DNA of 64,000 nucleotides, taken from the NCBI RefSeq assembly GCF_008831285.2, contig NC_045138.2, positions 9,238,001-9,302,000 on the forward strand, written 5' to 3'. This stretch comes from Nymphaea colorata. Lineage: Eukaryota. Below are positions 37,954 to 54,068 of this stretch, one piece after another (position 1 is the first letter of the stretch; the number at the start of each line of letters is the position of its first letter). The notes under the pieces were generated by a model. The model saw only the letters and a list, made by a program, of their open reading frames with translations, did no database searches and was not told where the DNA came from. Made by a program: the position numbers and the translations under genes.

Positions 37954-40059
37954 CAGGGTTTTACCGCTTTGAGTTCAGGAGCACCCCGTGTGATTACGTC
38001 TGTGGTCCTTATTTTTTCTTGATTATCTCATTCACCTATGCCTGCTCATTTTAAGAGGTATGCCTATTTTATCATGGTAAATTGGTCATGTCTTTTTTAT
38101 GGAATGCATTCCTACCTCCTCCAGTAATTAGTCTTAGGATAGGATTCAAATTATTTTCCATAGAAGCATGAGAATTATTATGATCTATGATGCTCTTTGT
38201 GTCTTCCTAACCATCGTTCTTTGTTATATGCTTGTGAATCAGATCTCCGATTTTGTCTAGCTTAGGTGCATGTAGAAGTTTAGTGTATCATGTGAAGGTT
38301 CCAAGTGTTGGGTCTACGACCAATGGCTCTGATGGCTGCAGAGCCGTGGATGCTGAATCCTTCATTGTAAGAAGCAACGGTATTAAACTCAATGAATTGT
38401 TTAGTCATGCATTCACCCATAAGCAGCTAAATGGACTGTTTTCTTAGATTCCTTCCCATGCTGAGATCACGTTTGGGAAGGCCAACCTGAAAAATATCAG
38501 GCTGGCCTCAAACATTAGTATGGGCCTAGTTGAGCCTCTGATAAGCAATTTTAAAGGGTGTGAGGAAGTGTCTCTGTTGAGAGAGAGAGAGAGAGATAGG
38601 GGCTTTTTAGTTTGTCTTTTTCTTATGGAAGTTTTGTTTTCTCCAGTCTTGACCGGTTACCTGAAAAGGAGTTGATATGGACAATTGCGGAGATGTTGAC
38701 TGAGTCTGTCATCGAATGCCTAGCAAACATCTACAGACTACAGAGAAATGAGGTCAAAATGCAAGAGGGGTATATGACTCCGTTGAAGGATTAAAAAATG
38801 TAAATTTGCAACTGATATTTTTATTTTCTATGTTTACACCAGTAAGTTGATTTCCTGTTTCTTAGCTGATATTTTTATTTTCTATGTTTACACCAGAAAC
38901 TATATGTAAAATTTTACAAGCTCAAGGTGAATTGTTCTAGTACGGAAACCACGACCTTTCTTGTAAATTGTTTCACAACTTATATCATTATACGAGGATT
39001 TAAAAATTCAAACGTCTACGTTTAAGTGGATTGATGAGTTTGATGATCCTCTTTCTGATGTGTATTTGCACATATTACTGTTGAAATGCCCATTGTTACT
39101 CAGTGCTTACCCTCTAGTACTGGGCGGCACTTTAGGGATGGAGTTTGGTTTCTCACTAAGTTGACGAATGCTTCCTCACAAGGCTTTCTCTCTCTCTCCC
39201 TCTTTCTATATTTATGTGCTTTTAACAAATAAATCTTTTATCGTCTGTCACATGACCTTTTTTTTTTTTTTCCTTTTGAAAACCTTTACAGCTGGCAGTC
39301 TTTGTGAGAGAAAGATTAGCATCAATCAACCGTAATTTTTACAATGAAGAGATAAAGGCTGCGGTAAAGCCTTATAAGTAACATGAATGTAAAATAACAA
39401 AAAGTTTAAGGGCAGCTTTGATCTTACATGATACATGGATGGTGTCTGGTTTTTTTTAAATAAGGTTTTACATGTAGTGGCAGTCCACTTTAATATGTGT
39501 TGTTTTTTCATGAAAAATGATATTGTTTGTAATGTAGGTGGTTCTATTGATACAGTACATCATCATAAGAAGAGAAAATGACACACTTAAGCTAATTAGC
39601 ATGGAGTTAGTTCAAATCATTTAGGCAACCACTTGAACCATAGCTTTATACTCAAGACTGTGTATCAGATCTAGGCACCATGCATTGTTTTTTTATTTTG
39701 GAGGATATAATGTTGTCTTTCACAAATAAACGTGGTATACTTATTGTTCGAATCTTGCATAGTTTGCATCATTGTAGACTTCCACTTCCAATGAATTACT
39801 ATTTGTAAACAAAAGTCCTCTACGTGCAGATGATTTCAAATATTTGATTATCATTAATGCTATATTTTAGTGAACTTTCTTGGGCTTTTTCATGAACTTA
39901 ACTTCTATCTATTGTAGAGCTAATGTTTGGTCTTATCATGGTCATTTAGTGGAGCTTACCAATGAGAGATCTGTATGACTGTGGATCTATTAATTTTGAT
40001 AGGTCATTATAGGTCATTATGAAGATGTGTGTGTAAATTCATAGACATAATGAGCGGTT

Positions 40060-41770
40060 TAGCTTTTAGCATCTCGTTATCCTACAACAAATCAATAACA
40101 TATTTTCATTAGGATAGTTACCAAGAAATATCATAGTTGAAGAACATTGTATTAGAAATTTTTTATGAAAGTTGCCAACATAGACTGCTAAAATGGTTAT
40201 ACCTCAGAATTCTTCTTGATAAACAAAAAATTATCAAGAGGGGATCTCTTAAATCCACACTTTAAGACCACTTCAAAAAAAATTGTGGAACCACACACGA
40301 TGACTTTGCTTGAGTTCATATATAACATTCATTAGTTTGCACACTATTCCACGTTCCACCTATTGTTTAACATTAGGTGGCTATGCATATAGACAATTTT
40401 ATTGAGATCATCATAAAAAAATGCATTATTTGCGATACATGTGCTAGTCATGATATATAACCATTGAGATGGAAAAATGAATTGTTTCCAACTGTACTAT
40501 AGGAAAAAAATGTTGCAAAGGAATCAAAACCATATGTTTAAGTGTAGCCCTTGGTAATTGACTTAGCTCTGTATCCTTTCATAAAACCATAATAATAATA
40601 TTTCACTTTGAATACTCATTTAGAGTTAACAATATTACAATCAACAGTAGTATCAACTAGTTCCTAGGTGCCTCATTGGATGAAGACATCCATCTCATCT
40701 TGCATAGTTCGTCTCCACTTAGTATCTAATACAGCCTGTTGATAACAAGTGAGAACTGTATTGGTTGTTAGGGCATGAAAAAACTATTGCATACTATAAC
40801 AACATAGTCAATAGATACAAATTGAGATATGAGATGCAAAGCAAATTATTGATTGCCTTTGTGAAGAGCAATAAGTCTTGACAGATATTCAAAATATGTG
40901 TAGTGGGCTTAGGTAGACTAGGCACAGTCACCTTAGATGTACTTATCTCTTGAGAATAGGTTAGAGGATGATCATGAGAGGGGTCCTGTCGACATGTGTA
41001 GAGTTGTAGAGGATCAAGAAAATTGGTGACACGAGAAGAAGACTCACATGAGAATGACTCCAATGGGATTGCAGAGATAGGTAATGCGTCAAATGATTGT
41101 ACTATTAGTAGAAGTAGGAGAGGAATTGTAATAAAATTGAGACTCAAAGAATATTCTTTTTGAGTTGATGGACCAAAACATATGTAACCTTTACGATTTT
41201 TAGAATAGTCAATAGAGATATACTAAATTGCTTGAGCAGCCAATTTATCATGTGTAGGTCCAAAAATGTAAACAAAGCACGTGCATCCAAGCACTTTAAG
41301 AGCAACTGAAAACAAGGGTCGATAAGGGTATATAAGTTTAATAGGAACCTGGTTGTCAATAGAAAGTGAGAGTTAATATTTGACAAAGTAACAAACAGTG
41401 ACAATCACATATCTCAAAAAATATGCACCTAAATTAGTATGAAGTATTAGAGAACAAGCCACATTTAAAAATTGGTGATATTTTCACTCATTTTATTTTA
41501 TGTATGGGGGCATGTAAACTGTGGAGAAATGTCATTTTTAAAGTAAAATTTCATTAAGGTGGATGAATTTTTTTAATAAAAATATGGATTGGGTTTTATT
41601 TCAATAATAATGTTATAGAGAGTACATATGACTTCAACTTTTTTTTAAGAGAAAAACCCAAGTATAGAGAGTACATATGACAAAACAATATCAAAATCTA
41701 GACTTACTAGTAATTCGATTGGGATCCCACACATCAACATGAAGAAGATCAAATAGCATGCAATCAAATT
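40060..41770 (-). mobile_element. Heavily decayed Ty1/copia integrase-RT remnant (family of 22187-28291)
   Basis: Colinear similarity to 23150-25980 (e.g. QDPSHD linker; gaattcttcttgataaa; gtgtagcccttgg); no LTRs seen; many stops. Confidence 0.85.
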
Positions 41771-41780
41771 GACATGTATA

Positions 41781-42290
41781 GTGGTGCCACACATAGGATC
41801 GCCCAACGAATCAGTCTATAATCAATGGGACTCGCGTGCATGGTAGTGTCACATATAGTATCGCTCGACGATTCACTAAAGAATCAAAGAGTTGCGATTA
41901 TTTGGCGTCACACAGAGATCGCTCGACAATTCATACAAAATCAAAATGTTTAAAATTTTTATAACCAATTCAAAAAACTTCAAGATTGTTTAATGAGTTA
42001 GTTGTTTGTCACACAAAGAACCACACCAAAATAAACGGGTTTGGCGTGCATATTGGTGTCACACATAGTATCACACAAAGAACCACAACAAAATCAATAG
42101 CATTGAATAGTGCAATAGATGCATACAGACCGCACTTTGCATTGTGCTATTTTTATAGTTATTAGTTGTTTGCAAACAACCAAAATAAAAAGATTTGTCA
42201 TGCATATTGGTGTCACACAGTGTTGCTCAAAGAACCACAACATAATCAATTGCTTTTGATTGTATAATGGATGCATACATAGTACCGTAC
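41781..42290. repeat. Degenerate ~60-bp-period repeat array
   Basis: Core GGTGTCACACATAG(T/G)ATCGC recurs near 41783, 41845, 41904, 42055 and 42209. Confidence 0.65.
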
Positions 42291-42359
42291 AAATAAATGC
42301 TATATTCACATTAGATATTGTTCATTCTGCTGATATAAATATATACTTTTCTCACATTT

Positions 42360-43320
42360 ACCCTATGATCCTTTCTTCATGTACATTCATGTTTTCTCCT
42401 GTTCCTTAACCGCCTTTGATTTCACATAAGCCACAATATCCAAACAAATCTGCTTTTGAAAATGCGGTACATAATCCTATCAAGAGACAACATAATAGTG
42501 TTTTGTTCCACTATACCCAATTGTTTGACTCTAACACAAGGTAGGGAGGATGATCCATAGAAAATAAAGTAAAACAATGTTATAGTGACCACATACATAA
42601 TTTAGTTGTTATGTTTATCAATCACATGGCCACAGACAAATTCAAATGTCCTGAAAAGGTTTGGGCTGCAGCGAATCATCATTTTAATAAGTGGAAAACT
42701 AGAGCCAAAGGGCGACGGGCAGACTGCACTTTATACAATACAACAACACATGATATATACATGAACATAGCAGATGATATATATGTGAATAACAGACAAA
42801 TTCAGAAGCCACATACCATGATGAATAGACTGAGTAGCAGCACATATAATTCTCAAATTATTGTTGTATCAACTCTAATGCATTGTGTACAACCTGTAAG
42901 AAGTTTTAAGTGTTGGAAGAAGTTGAGGACGAACAATTTTGAGAATGTGTACAACATTACTGATCCATTTGTTGGGGCTCAGCTCATTTCAATTTGTTGT
43001 ATCTGATCCCTTAATAAAGTCTGATCGAACCTTTTCTATTTCAATTAATGGCAGTCTGCTTTGCCATCGCACCAGTAGAAAAAACAACCTCGTCCGTCCA
43101 CAATAGAGATGAACTTTGTGAAACATACGACATTAATTATAAACAACGTAAAAACCAATGTTTTGCATTCAAAACTATCATGCCTTCTCTCATCAAGATG
43201 GTGAACCGTGAGGAGTGATGATGTAAACCTGCAATCGACAATTGAACGAATCATATGCGGACATACTTTACTGACGTATATTGGAGCTCCATCTTCATTT
43301 AATGGTAGTCTACCTTAGCT
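42360..43320 (-). pseudogene. Intron-containing gene relic with a GRF-type zinc-finger-like motif, probably transposon-derived
   Basis: KVCPH...C...FECK then GRGCFFYWCD (43060-43095) resembles the zf-GRF C.FF.W.D motif; further AG/GT-bounded segments at 42360-42660. Confidence 0.35.
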
Positions 43321-44855
43321 TCACACATTAAATGTCAAAGCAATCGGATGTACATGCGATCATAAAATGAAAAGTATGACAGAAATAAGCATGATCACGT
43401 GAAATGGTCAAATGAGGGCAACATGCGGTGATCTCAAGAGGGACACAGTTTCTCGACTGCTTACATGCGTGAAGACTGTGTTCGTAGACCGGGTTTGTGT
43501 CCAATAGATTGGGTTCATGTCCAATAGTGGCTTGCCTAGAGCACAACTAGTTAGTGTCATTGCATCTTCACTCTTATTAGTTATTACCAATAAAAAGTAA
43601 ACCAGTTAATGGCTCCTCGTGGTTGTAATATACAACCCAATATGTGCACATGAAGCTTGAGCAGGTGGCCCTACAAGTGGTGGTGAGCGACAAAGTGAGA
43701 AGGAAAACTGTTGGTTTCTTTGCAGCGGAATGGTGTCTGACGTTTGCCGATCGACTCTCTTCTGTGCAGCAGGTTCACCACCAGCAGCGACTGAAGCATG
43801 CACAAGACCTGTGAGCAAGAGAGGAAAAAAGCAAGAGAGCAATTGATTTTCGGGTTTGCTTCTATGAGGCTCTGATTTAGGGCGATCGACATGTAACCGT
43901 AGATCAAAGAATAGCTGGGCATATATAGTGCCACCTCATAAGTTTTCCCTTAGCCCAGCAAGCGGTTACAGTGAGTGAGAGATTTTAGGAGAAAATTAAA
44001 GCTCGTAACTGCAAGTGAGCCCCCTTGCAGTTACGAGATGAATGATAGGGCTCAGGGCCACTATCCATATCCAACATCTCCCACTTCGTTATGAGACCGT
44101 CAGTTTGCTTCCACTATATGTGGTTTTTCTTGATCTTTAGTTACGAGGTTTTCTATAATTGGTTTGTCCATTGTAACTTGAATTTTTGTTCAAGGTTTGC
44201 AGCGAGGTTTTCCTTTCAATGGTTTTTCATCGCAATCTTTCAAGTATTCAATATATTTCATATTGGTTATGAGGTTTTTTTCATGCACAAGTATTTCCAT
44301 CGTAACATGTTAAAAGTTAGTCCCACATGGACCAAGATTTACATACAAAGAGCAATTGAACCTCCAATCCTGCCTTTCTCTTGTTGTGTTCTCATATATA
44401 CATCTAAAAAAGAATACAAGATTTTGATTTAGAACTGAAGTCCTATTCTTAAAAGAATTCAAACATGTATGCATGTAAAATAGTTGATCAATGACCTTTA
44501 CATTATTGAGCTAGGAACCATTTGTGCATGTCTTTATGTGTGAACTACCAAATCAAGATGATTAGATAGATCATGGGTGTTTGCACATCAATTAGTATAT
44601 TTATTGAAATTATATTGCAAATCACATAAGAGTATAGTTAGCTAAAGCACGTAAGTCAGGACCAAATTATATATATATATAATTGAAATCAGTCGGCTAC
44701 CTATGTTACTGATGACTCTTTTTCTTATTTACCCTAAAACGAGTCTTAACACTAAAAACTGTAACCAAAGCAGTGACTATCATCAATGCATTTTTTTTCA
44801 GTGTTTTAAACAATACAAAATTAAAAAAAGCTTAGTCAGCTGATTTATAAATAAA

Positions 44856-44941
<86 letters not shown>

Positions 44942-45233
44942 GAAAGAGAGAGAGAGGGACGGAGAGTCCACTAGGACTGGCAAACCCACCCACTCTCTCT
45001 TTACGTCTCTTTACCTCATGACCTCTCCAGCCCCTCCCATGCGATCCCACCTTCTCTTCCTCTTCTTCCATGAGAGCATTATTGAAGAGAAAGAGAGAGT
45101 ATTCACATATGCACACACACATGTGAGAACTCAAAGCCAGGCCACATTGACTCAAGAAACAGCTCAAGCAATTATACTCACACTTTGAGGGACACAAAAT
45201 TTATAAAAAGAAAAAAAAAGAGATAGTACGTAC

Positions 45234-47883
45234 CTGGTGCAATGTATCGGGTGGTTCCGAGAGTGGCTGTAAGAGTGGAAGAATTCTGCCCAACTAGAAT
45301 CTTTGCAATGCCAAAATCACTGACGTATGCTGTCATCTTCTGATCTAGAAGCACATTACTTGGCATCAGATCACAATGTACTATAGTGTCTGAGTAACCA
45401 AGGTGAAGACATTCTGGAGCACAAGCCACATCAATCATGATATCCAATCTCTGAAAGAGATTCAAGTGATAGTCACCTGAATGTAGACAAACTTCTAGGC
45501 CGCCAAGGGGCTTTGTATTGGAGAACTAAAGCCTTGAAATCTCTACTAGAGCAAGACGTAATGACTTTCACGAGGTTTCAGTGCTTGATTTGGCACATGA
45601 CTGTGCACTCGATGTCAAACCTTTTAGATGCTCCCCCAAATAACAAATTAAGGATCTTAACAGCCACTGTCGTTCCATCTGTTAGAATTCCATTGTACAC
45701 TGAACCAAAGCTTCCACTCCCAAGAAAGTTTGCATTGCTCATTGCATGCAATAGCTCTCTGTAAAAAATCGTTGGGAGTGTAATTCCTCATAATCTTTCA
45801 ATGTCATCAGGACGTTTTGACAACTCCCTCTTTCTATAGCATGAGATACCAATGAGTGTGCAAACAGTGACCAAAGTGCTGAGCCTCCAATTACGCAAGC
45901 AGCAATGACTCTAGCCGCATTGCTCTTACTTTGCCTCTATGTTTTGTCTAAGCACAATGGGACATGGAATTTGGGAGCTCCACATAGTGCATGGTTCCCT
46001 AGGAACGACTCAGCAGAAAGGTTTGCAAACTTTCCACCTCTTGTTATCTCTCCTTCCAATAGATTGAAGGACAAGTCCAAGGCCTGGATGTGTTGAAGTT
46101 TCTCCAATGATTTTGGTATCTCACCGGAAAGCTTGTTGTGGGAAAGGTCAATAGTGTCAAGGCTTAGCATGTGATCAAGTTGTTCAGGAATGTGACCATC
46201 AAATGTGTTGCAAGAGAGATTCAAATATTCAAGAACTTAGAGCTTTGATAATGATGCAGGCAACTCTCCACTCAGCTTTTTTGCAGAGATATCAATGTTG
46301 TCCATCATGGCTAAATTTCCGAGATTCAGATGGAGGTGACCACCAAAAGAGTTGTCATGCAAGTGTAGAATCATCAAGTCCTTCAACTCACAAAGACCAG
46401 GCGGTAGAGTTGATGAAAAATTGTTTGAGCTTAGATCCAGCCCTTGCAAACTGGTGAGATTGTTTATAGAGCTTGAAATTGACCTAATTAGCATGTTGTA
46501 TTGAATTTGAAAAATATACATGTGGACCAACTGGTAAAGTGAGTCTGGAATTGAGCCTTCCAATGCATTGCCATAAAGACCTAAGGCCTGTAACCTGTTC
46601 ATTGATCCTATATTTTGTGGAATGAGCCCTTCTATTTTGTTGAATCTCAAATCTAAGGAAATTAACTTGGTTAAATTGGTTAATGCTAATGGTATAGTAC
46701 CTTCAATCTCATTAAAGGGAAGGACAACGCACCACAAGGTGGTTGTGAGGTTTCCAATGGAGGCCGGAAGAATACCGTTTAGAAGGTTTCATTCGAGATT
46801 AATTTCTTCTAACATTCGACACTTGGTCAAGGATGTGAGAATGGAAAGCTCACGGCTGCCAGGGGTATTGGTGAACATATTTCCCCAAAGAGAGAGCCTA
46901 CAAAGTTGTGTCAAACTACCTAATTCTAATGGTATAGGACCAATAAATTCATTGTCTTCTACAGTAAGAGTTTGGAGACTAGTAGCATTCGAAAAAGAAA
47001 GTGAAAAAGGGCCATCGAAGTTGTTTGCACCCAAGTAGAGTTGTTGGAGATTAGGCAGGCAGCATCCAAGATCTTTAGGGAGATGCCCTGTTAGATGATT
47101 GGACAAGAAACTCATAGTCTGAAGAGCGGATAGGTTAAACAAGCTCTCAGGTAATGTACCAGTGAGATTGTTCATTTCCACACTAAACAATGTCAAGCGG
47201 GTTATGCTTCCCAACTCGGAAGGAATGTTCCCGTGCATATGATTTTGACCAATATTAAGGTACTCCAGTTCTGAAAGGTTGGGAAAAGTGACTGGAATGG
47301 TTCCTATGAGCCTGTTACCATAAATGTTTATGCGCTTGAGTTCCAGCAAACTGCCTATGAACTCCGGGATGCTTCCATAGAATTGGTTATCTTGTGCTGA
47401 CAGTATTTGGAGACCTTGACAATGGCTCAGTGTTTGTGGGATCAACCCCTCAAGATTGTTTTTTCCTATAGAAAGATTTTCTAACTGAGGGAGGAGACTA
47501 AAATCAATGGGAAGATGACCATGGAAACTGTCATTTGTAAGATCAAGAAACTGTAAGAAGGAGAGATTGTTGATATATGGAGAGAGGGTACCTTCAAGTG
47601 CCTTTCCAAAGAGGTTCAGAGCAACTACCCTTTGTGAACCATGACTGCATGAAACTCCATTCCAGTCGCAGAAAGAGATGTTGGAATTCCAATTTGATAA
47701 CACGTTATAAGGGTCTTTAATGACAAGGGATTTGAAAGACAGCAATGCAAATTGATCTGTCACGTTGCTCAGAGAAACAAGGGCTGAGGTCACCTCCCTT
47801 TGGCCAAGAACCACAACCAAGGTGAAGGAGGAGAAACACAATAGAAAGACGAGCAGTTGAGGTGACCGACCGGTGGTAGCCAT
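45234..47883 (-). pseudogene. LRR receptor-like kinase, subfamily XII (EFR/XA21/At3g47570-like), pseudogene
   Basis: ATG at 47883, signal peptide, LRRNT (TDQFALLSFKS...CDWNGVSC), plant LRRs, GNHALCG, TM segment, kinase GSGSFGSVY / VAVKIL / HCDLMPSNVLL / DFG / YIAP then a GT donor at 45233. In-frame stops at 46789, 46237 and 45937, further stops and frameshifts downstream; second exon not found. Confidence 0.92.
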
Positions 47884-48489
47884 GCCCGTCCAACTTGTTA
47901 AGCAGTACATGCATGTGCAGGAATTCAAGGTCCTCAATTTATGTACAGATTCTCTTCTAGAAAAATTGTCCTTTTCTTTTTCCAAGTGGTAGAAGGCTCG
48001 GGTCTTAACTACTTTGGAATGCATTGCTTCATATTTCCAAATTGAGGGCACGGCTAATGATTACATCAATGAGACTCTTTCTTGTTTCCCTTTACCACTT
48101 TCAAGTCTATTCAGTCCCAAATCAAAGTTGCCAATTGAACTTCTTTTTTCCCTAGATATCCCGAACTGGTTGCAACCATGGTCATAGGTATGCTGTCTAT
48201 CTTTTAAATGGTGAGGTTTTTCTATCATATAATATGGTTAGCAAGGAGAAAACAAGAAAAGTGTGGTAAATGTTAAAAAAAATTGAGTGAAACTTTAAAG
48301 TTAAGGGAAAATAAGATGAATGGCGTGAAATTAAAAAAAATAAATAGATGGGAAACAAATAAAAATTATAAGTTGGAAACGAGCAGATTAGCAATAAAAA
48401 AGTATGAAAAAATATCTAAAATGAAAAAAAGGGAAAAAACAAAAAAAAGGTAAGAAGCGTTTCTTTGGCGTGGCATTTCTTTTCTCCAA

Positions 48490-50115
<1,626 letters not shown>

Positions 50116-50799
50116 ATATTTCTAGCTAATCTGATCCAGTCCTTGCTCAACTATTCAACAATCCCAGTTGTTGGAATTCAAATTTCCTCAAATGTGTGAC
50201 AAAGTCTCTTAGCTCAAGGTGGTGATTTCTTCAAAAGAAAGTCTGAGACAATATTTCATTATTGGCGCAAATATTGTGGTTACCGTCACAATTCTACTTT
50301 CATCAACTGAGCAGCACTGAAACAGGTTTGATTTATTGTATTTTATTTTGTCAATTTGTGTTACTTTTAAATCATATCAATCGAATATTTTTAATTAATT
50401 ATACCTTTAAAAATATGAAATCATCTCCCTAGACTACCACCGTTCATTTTGAATTTATAATAATAATAGTAGTAGTATTATTATATTGTGGGGCCTCCTT
50501 TCATGGTGTAGGTTGGCAGTTCATCGATGACTATTCAACGTAGTAGTTGAAAACATTTTCATGACTGACGAGAACCACCACTTACATATAGGTTGTGAGA
50601 GATGACAACCAAAATTAGGTAGTAAATATAATCATAAAAAATGCATATTTTTTCTTTTAAAAAACAGTGATAAAACACGAAAAATAAGTCCGCCGTATAT
50701 AACGGCAAAAAGATAATTTTTTTGAAAAGAATATCAAAACAAAAAACGTGGTTTTCCCGTGTTTTTAATATTTTCTTAAAAAGTTGCTATCTTTATCTT

Positions 50800-50838
<39 letters not shown>

Positions 50839-52641
50839 TAAGCAGCTAGTTATAGCCATGACTACCATTCACGTATCTCAAAAATTCAAAAACTTAGATA
50901 GAAACAGAATTTCGTTGGCATTTGCATGGATAAACATCAATTCCGTGGAAATTTAACAGTTCAACCAAGTTGTTGGTTATGCATAATACCTAGTGTAGAA
51001 ATGGTTTCTCGGTTATGATGGAACTTTTGAGTTCATGAAAGAACTTCGGGATTAATTTGAGGCATGTAAAGCATCCAGTTGCTGCTTGATCAGGACCAAG
51101 AAACAAACATTCAGCAGTGGACGACAGAACCACCACCAAATTTCTCAAAACAGAAGTGAAAGAAATGCTCTCTGTCACTTTATTGTGTTACCTTGTTAGT
51201 CAAAAGCAGAATTTATGTTGCTGGGGATTAGGTCCCCTGCATTTGTTAAGCAAAATCAATCCGTGCAATGCAGAAAGATCAGCAGATTAATGCTAGTATT
51301 CGCACTGATGTTTCCGAAGAATTGACCCAATCCTTCAAAAGCACACAAAAGGAAACAAGCCAAAACACACAGAAACACGTTAGCGGTTAAAGTGGATAAA
51401 AAGATAGATTAGTTTCTACGTAAGACTGAAGAAGCCAAAAAGCATGTTATTTGACAATCATTTCTTAGGCGACTTATAGCATAACCAGTACTCAAATATT
51501 TAAATTCACAAGAAAAATAAGATCAACATTACTTGCACAAGCATATCAGTGCTGTATATGTTAGAATGTGTGTCAGAACCCAACTATAGTTTCAAAATTT
51601 TAACAGAGGCCAAAATAGGATTTTTCAAAATTTTTTTATAAGTTAAACTAAAATTATGAAATTTACATATCAACGTTTGAAGTTTTTAAAATTTGACACC
51701 CCTGCCTCCATTCCTGGTGTGTAGTAATTGTGGGTCTGTCTAACTTACTACTAACAATTTTGGCTTGATATATAATGTCTTGTTAGATATTGTGGAATTT
51801 TAAAAGTCACTGGTGTCATGTCTTGAAGCATTAACATACCTTAATGGTTTAGGCAAAACCCGAAAAACCATAGCAACAAAAGAACATGAACTTACTGAGC
51901 TTTTTTTTTGCAATGTTTTGTAACATATTTTATTGATGTTTAATCAATTAAATGGATTTCAATTTTATCAAAGTGCTTCCTAAATGTTGTTTGTCACATT
52001 CAGGCCTGTACATAAGTATAAAAATTCAATCGCACAATTAGTATGCTTCACATATATTTCTGATGCTCATATCTTGCTTCAAGGGAGTAATCAAACCTGG
52101 TGATTGGTCATACAGAATACAATCACAAAAATCCAGCATCAATACGTTAAAGCACACAAATAAGCAACTATTTCACGTAACACTGTAAAACTATCACAAT
52201 CATATATACTTGTGGAAGATAAGTAGATGATGCAAGCCAACAACCACCAACATCAAAATAGGCATCTTAAACGTGTTATCTAAGTGAAAGAATCCATGAT
52301 CAAAGATTCAGGCTAGAAGCTCTAGGAACAAAGCAGGAACTGGGGGTCGTCTGGTAATCACAACAGGACATTACTGTTATATGTATCTGCCACGATATTT
52401 AGGACAGATTCATGGAATGTTGTAACATAATATTACATAAATCTGCCTAATTTTTGGGACTGCTATATAGAACAGTTACATACTGTTATCGTTGGCATAT
52501 AGAAAATCAAGTTAGAAAGCATGGAAAATTAAAATGAAAAATAACCTCTCAAAGTTCAACAAAGAGAACTTTAGAATTTGTCATTGAATCGACATGGTCA
52601 ATGATAGCCAAAGAGTCATATAGAGCCAATTCCCCCCAAAT

Positions 52642-53056
52642 TAGGGCTGTCAATGTATGTGAGTTCAATTGGATATCTAACCAAACCAGTTCAAGAAATA
52701 ACGGATATGGAAAAAAATTTAATATCCGATTAAGAAATTGGATTGGATTCAGATTAAGAAATGACATCTGACTGGATTCAGATTCAGATTTGGATGTACA
52801 TATATATCCAATTGAATTTGGATTCAGATTCAGATCCAGAATAGATTTAATTTTAAATAAAAATCTTATATTCAAGTGCTCTTACATTTGAAAATCAGCC
52901 AGAGTTGATTCAAAATTCAAATTCAGATTGTGATATTCGATTTTAGATTCATTGTTTGTATTTGAATCAGAATTTGAATGTGGATATGTGAATATAAAAA
53001 ACAACAGATATAGTTCAAGATTTATCTCATTCGAATCTGATACAATAACATCCCTA
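52642..53056. mobile_element. Ac/Ds-like hAT MITE
   Basis: Termini TAGGGCTGTCAAT / ATAACATCCCTA (TAGGGATG is Ac-like); many GATTCAGATT subterminal repeats; TSD only imperfect. Confidence 0.65.
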
Positions 53057-54068
53057 CTCCCAACTCCAATCACATGACTCCAGAAAGACAGCATTTTTTT
53101 TTTAAAGAACGTTAAAAATGAAAAAAATACGTTTAACCCGTTTGTAACGTTTTTTTGTGTTTTTTCACTTTTTTCATTTTTTTCAAAATTTTTTAATGCT
53201 ACATTTTTTTTTTCATTTTGTATTTTTTATTTGTTGCAAATCTATTTATCTTTTCATGTTTGTGTTACTAGTTTCTCTCTTATTTTATTTTTCACTCATT
53301 TTTAGTTTTTTAAAACTTTTAAACTTTTAAAAATTTACTGTATTTTTTCCATGTTTTTCAAGCTCGCCCTATTATACTCAAGAATAACCTTGCCGTTTAA
53401 AACTCCATGTTGTTATATATATATATATTATATATAGGGCAGATTTTGTATTAAAAAATAGCAGATTATGAATTTTTACGAATTCATGGCAGAGGCTGTT
53501 AACAGTGTAAATGCTAGTTCTTCTTAATAAATCCAGTTTCACTTCATATTTAGCTTAGTAATCAACTGATCAACCTTGGTCAAAGCATGTAAATTTAAAC
53601 TGTCGAACAGAAGTCCTTAAGAAAGTCATGTTTATTCATGGCATCTATTATTGTTAGATGTCATATGCAAAGTCTGGATGATGTGAAATGTACATGATCT
53701 TTAAATTTGATGATTGGAAGCTCCAATCTATCACATTTTATTTCAATATGGAAAAAAGATTTCACTGATGCAAGTAATATAGGGACTTTCAGAATGATAA
53801 GAAGAGCTAAGACACTAAATCTAAAACTCTGAATTGATAGGCCGCCAAAAGTTTCAAGGAAAATGCCGGACCACGGCCAGCCCTCGGCCAAACATAAGTG
53901 GGACAAGGATGCCGCTGCTCTCCCTTCACCGCAAGTACTAAAAACGCTGAAATGAAACATGGTCCACAATAGCATATGTCCTGCCCTAGAGAGCATCCAT
54001 TCCTGTCGAGATAAGCCCCTAGAGCCGGCTTCTTGCCACTAGTGGAGCCACAAGCTTGCTGGGCAGCA

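Noticed and set aside
38253..38794. Short ORFs downstream of the RRP5 stop
   Set aside because: No recognisable homology; they may be 3' UTR or intergenic.
41781..42290. Repeat-spacer appearance suggesting a CRISPR array
   Set aside because: Repeats are degenerate, intervening sequences are related to each other, there are no cas genes, and the context is plant nuclear DNA.
47884..48051. N-terminal extension of the 420-aa LRR ORF
   Set aside because: It starts at a non-ATG codon; the ATG at 47883 directly precedes the signal peptide.
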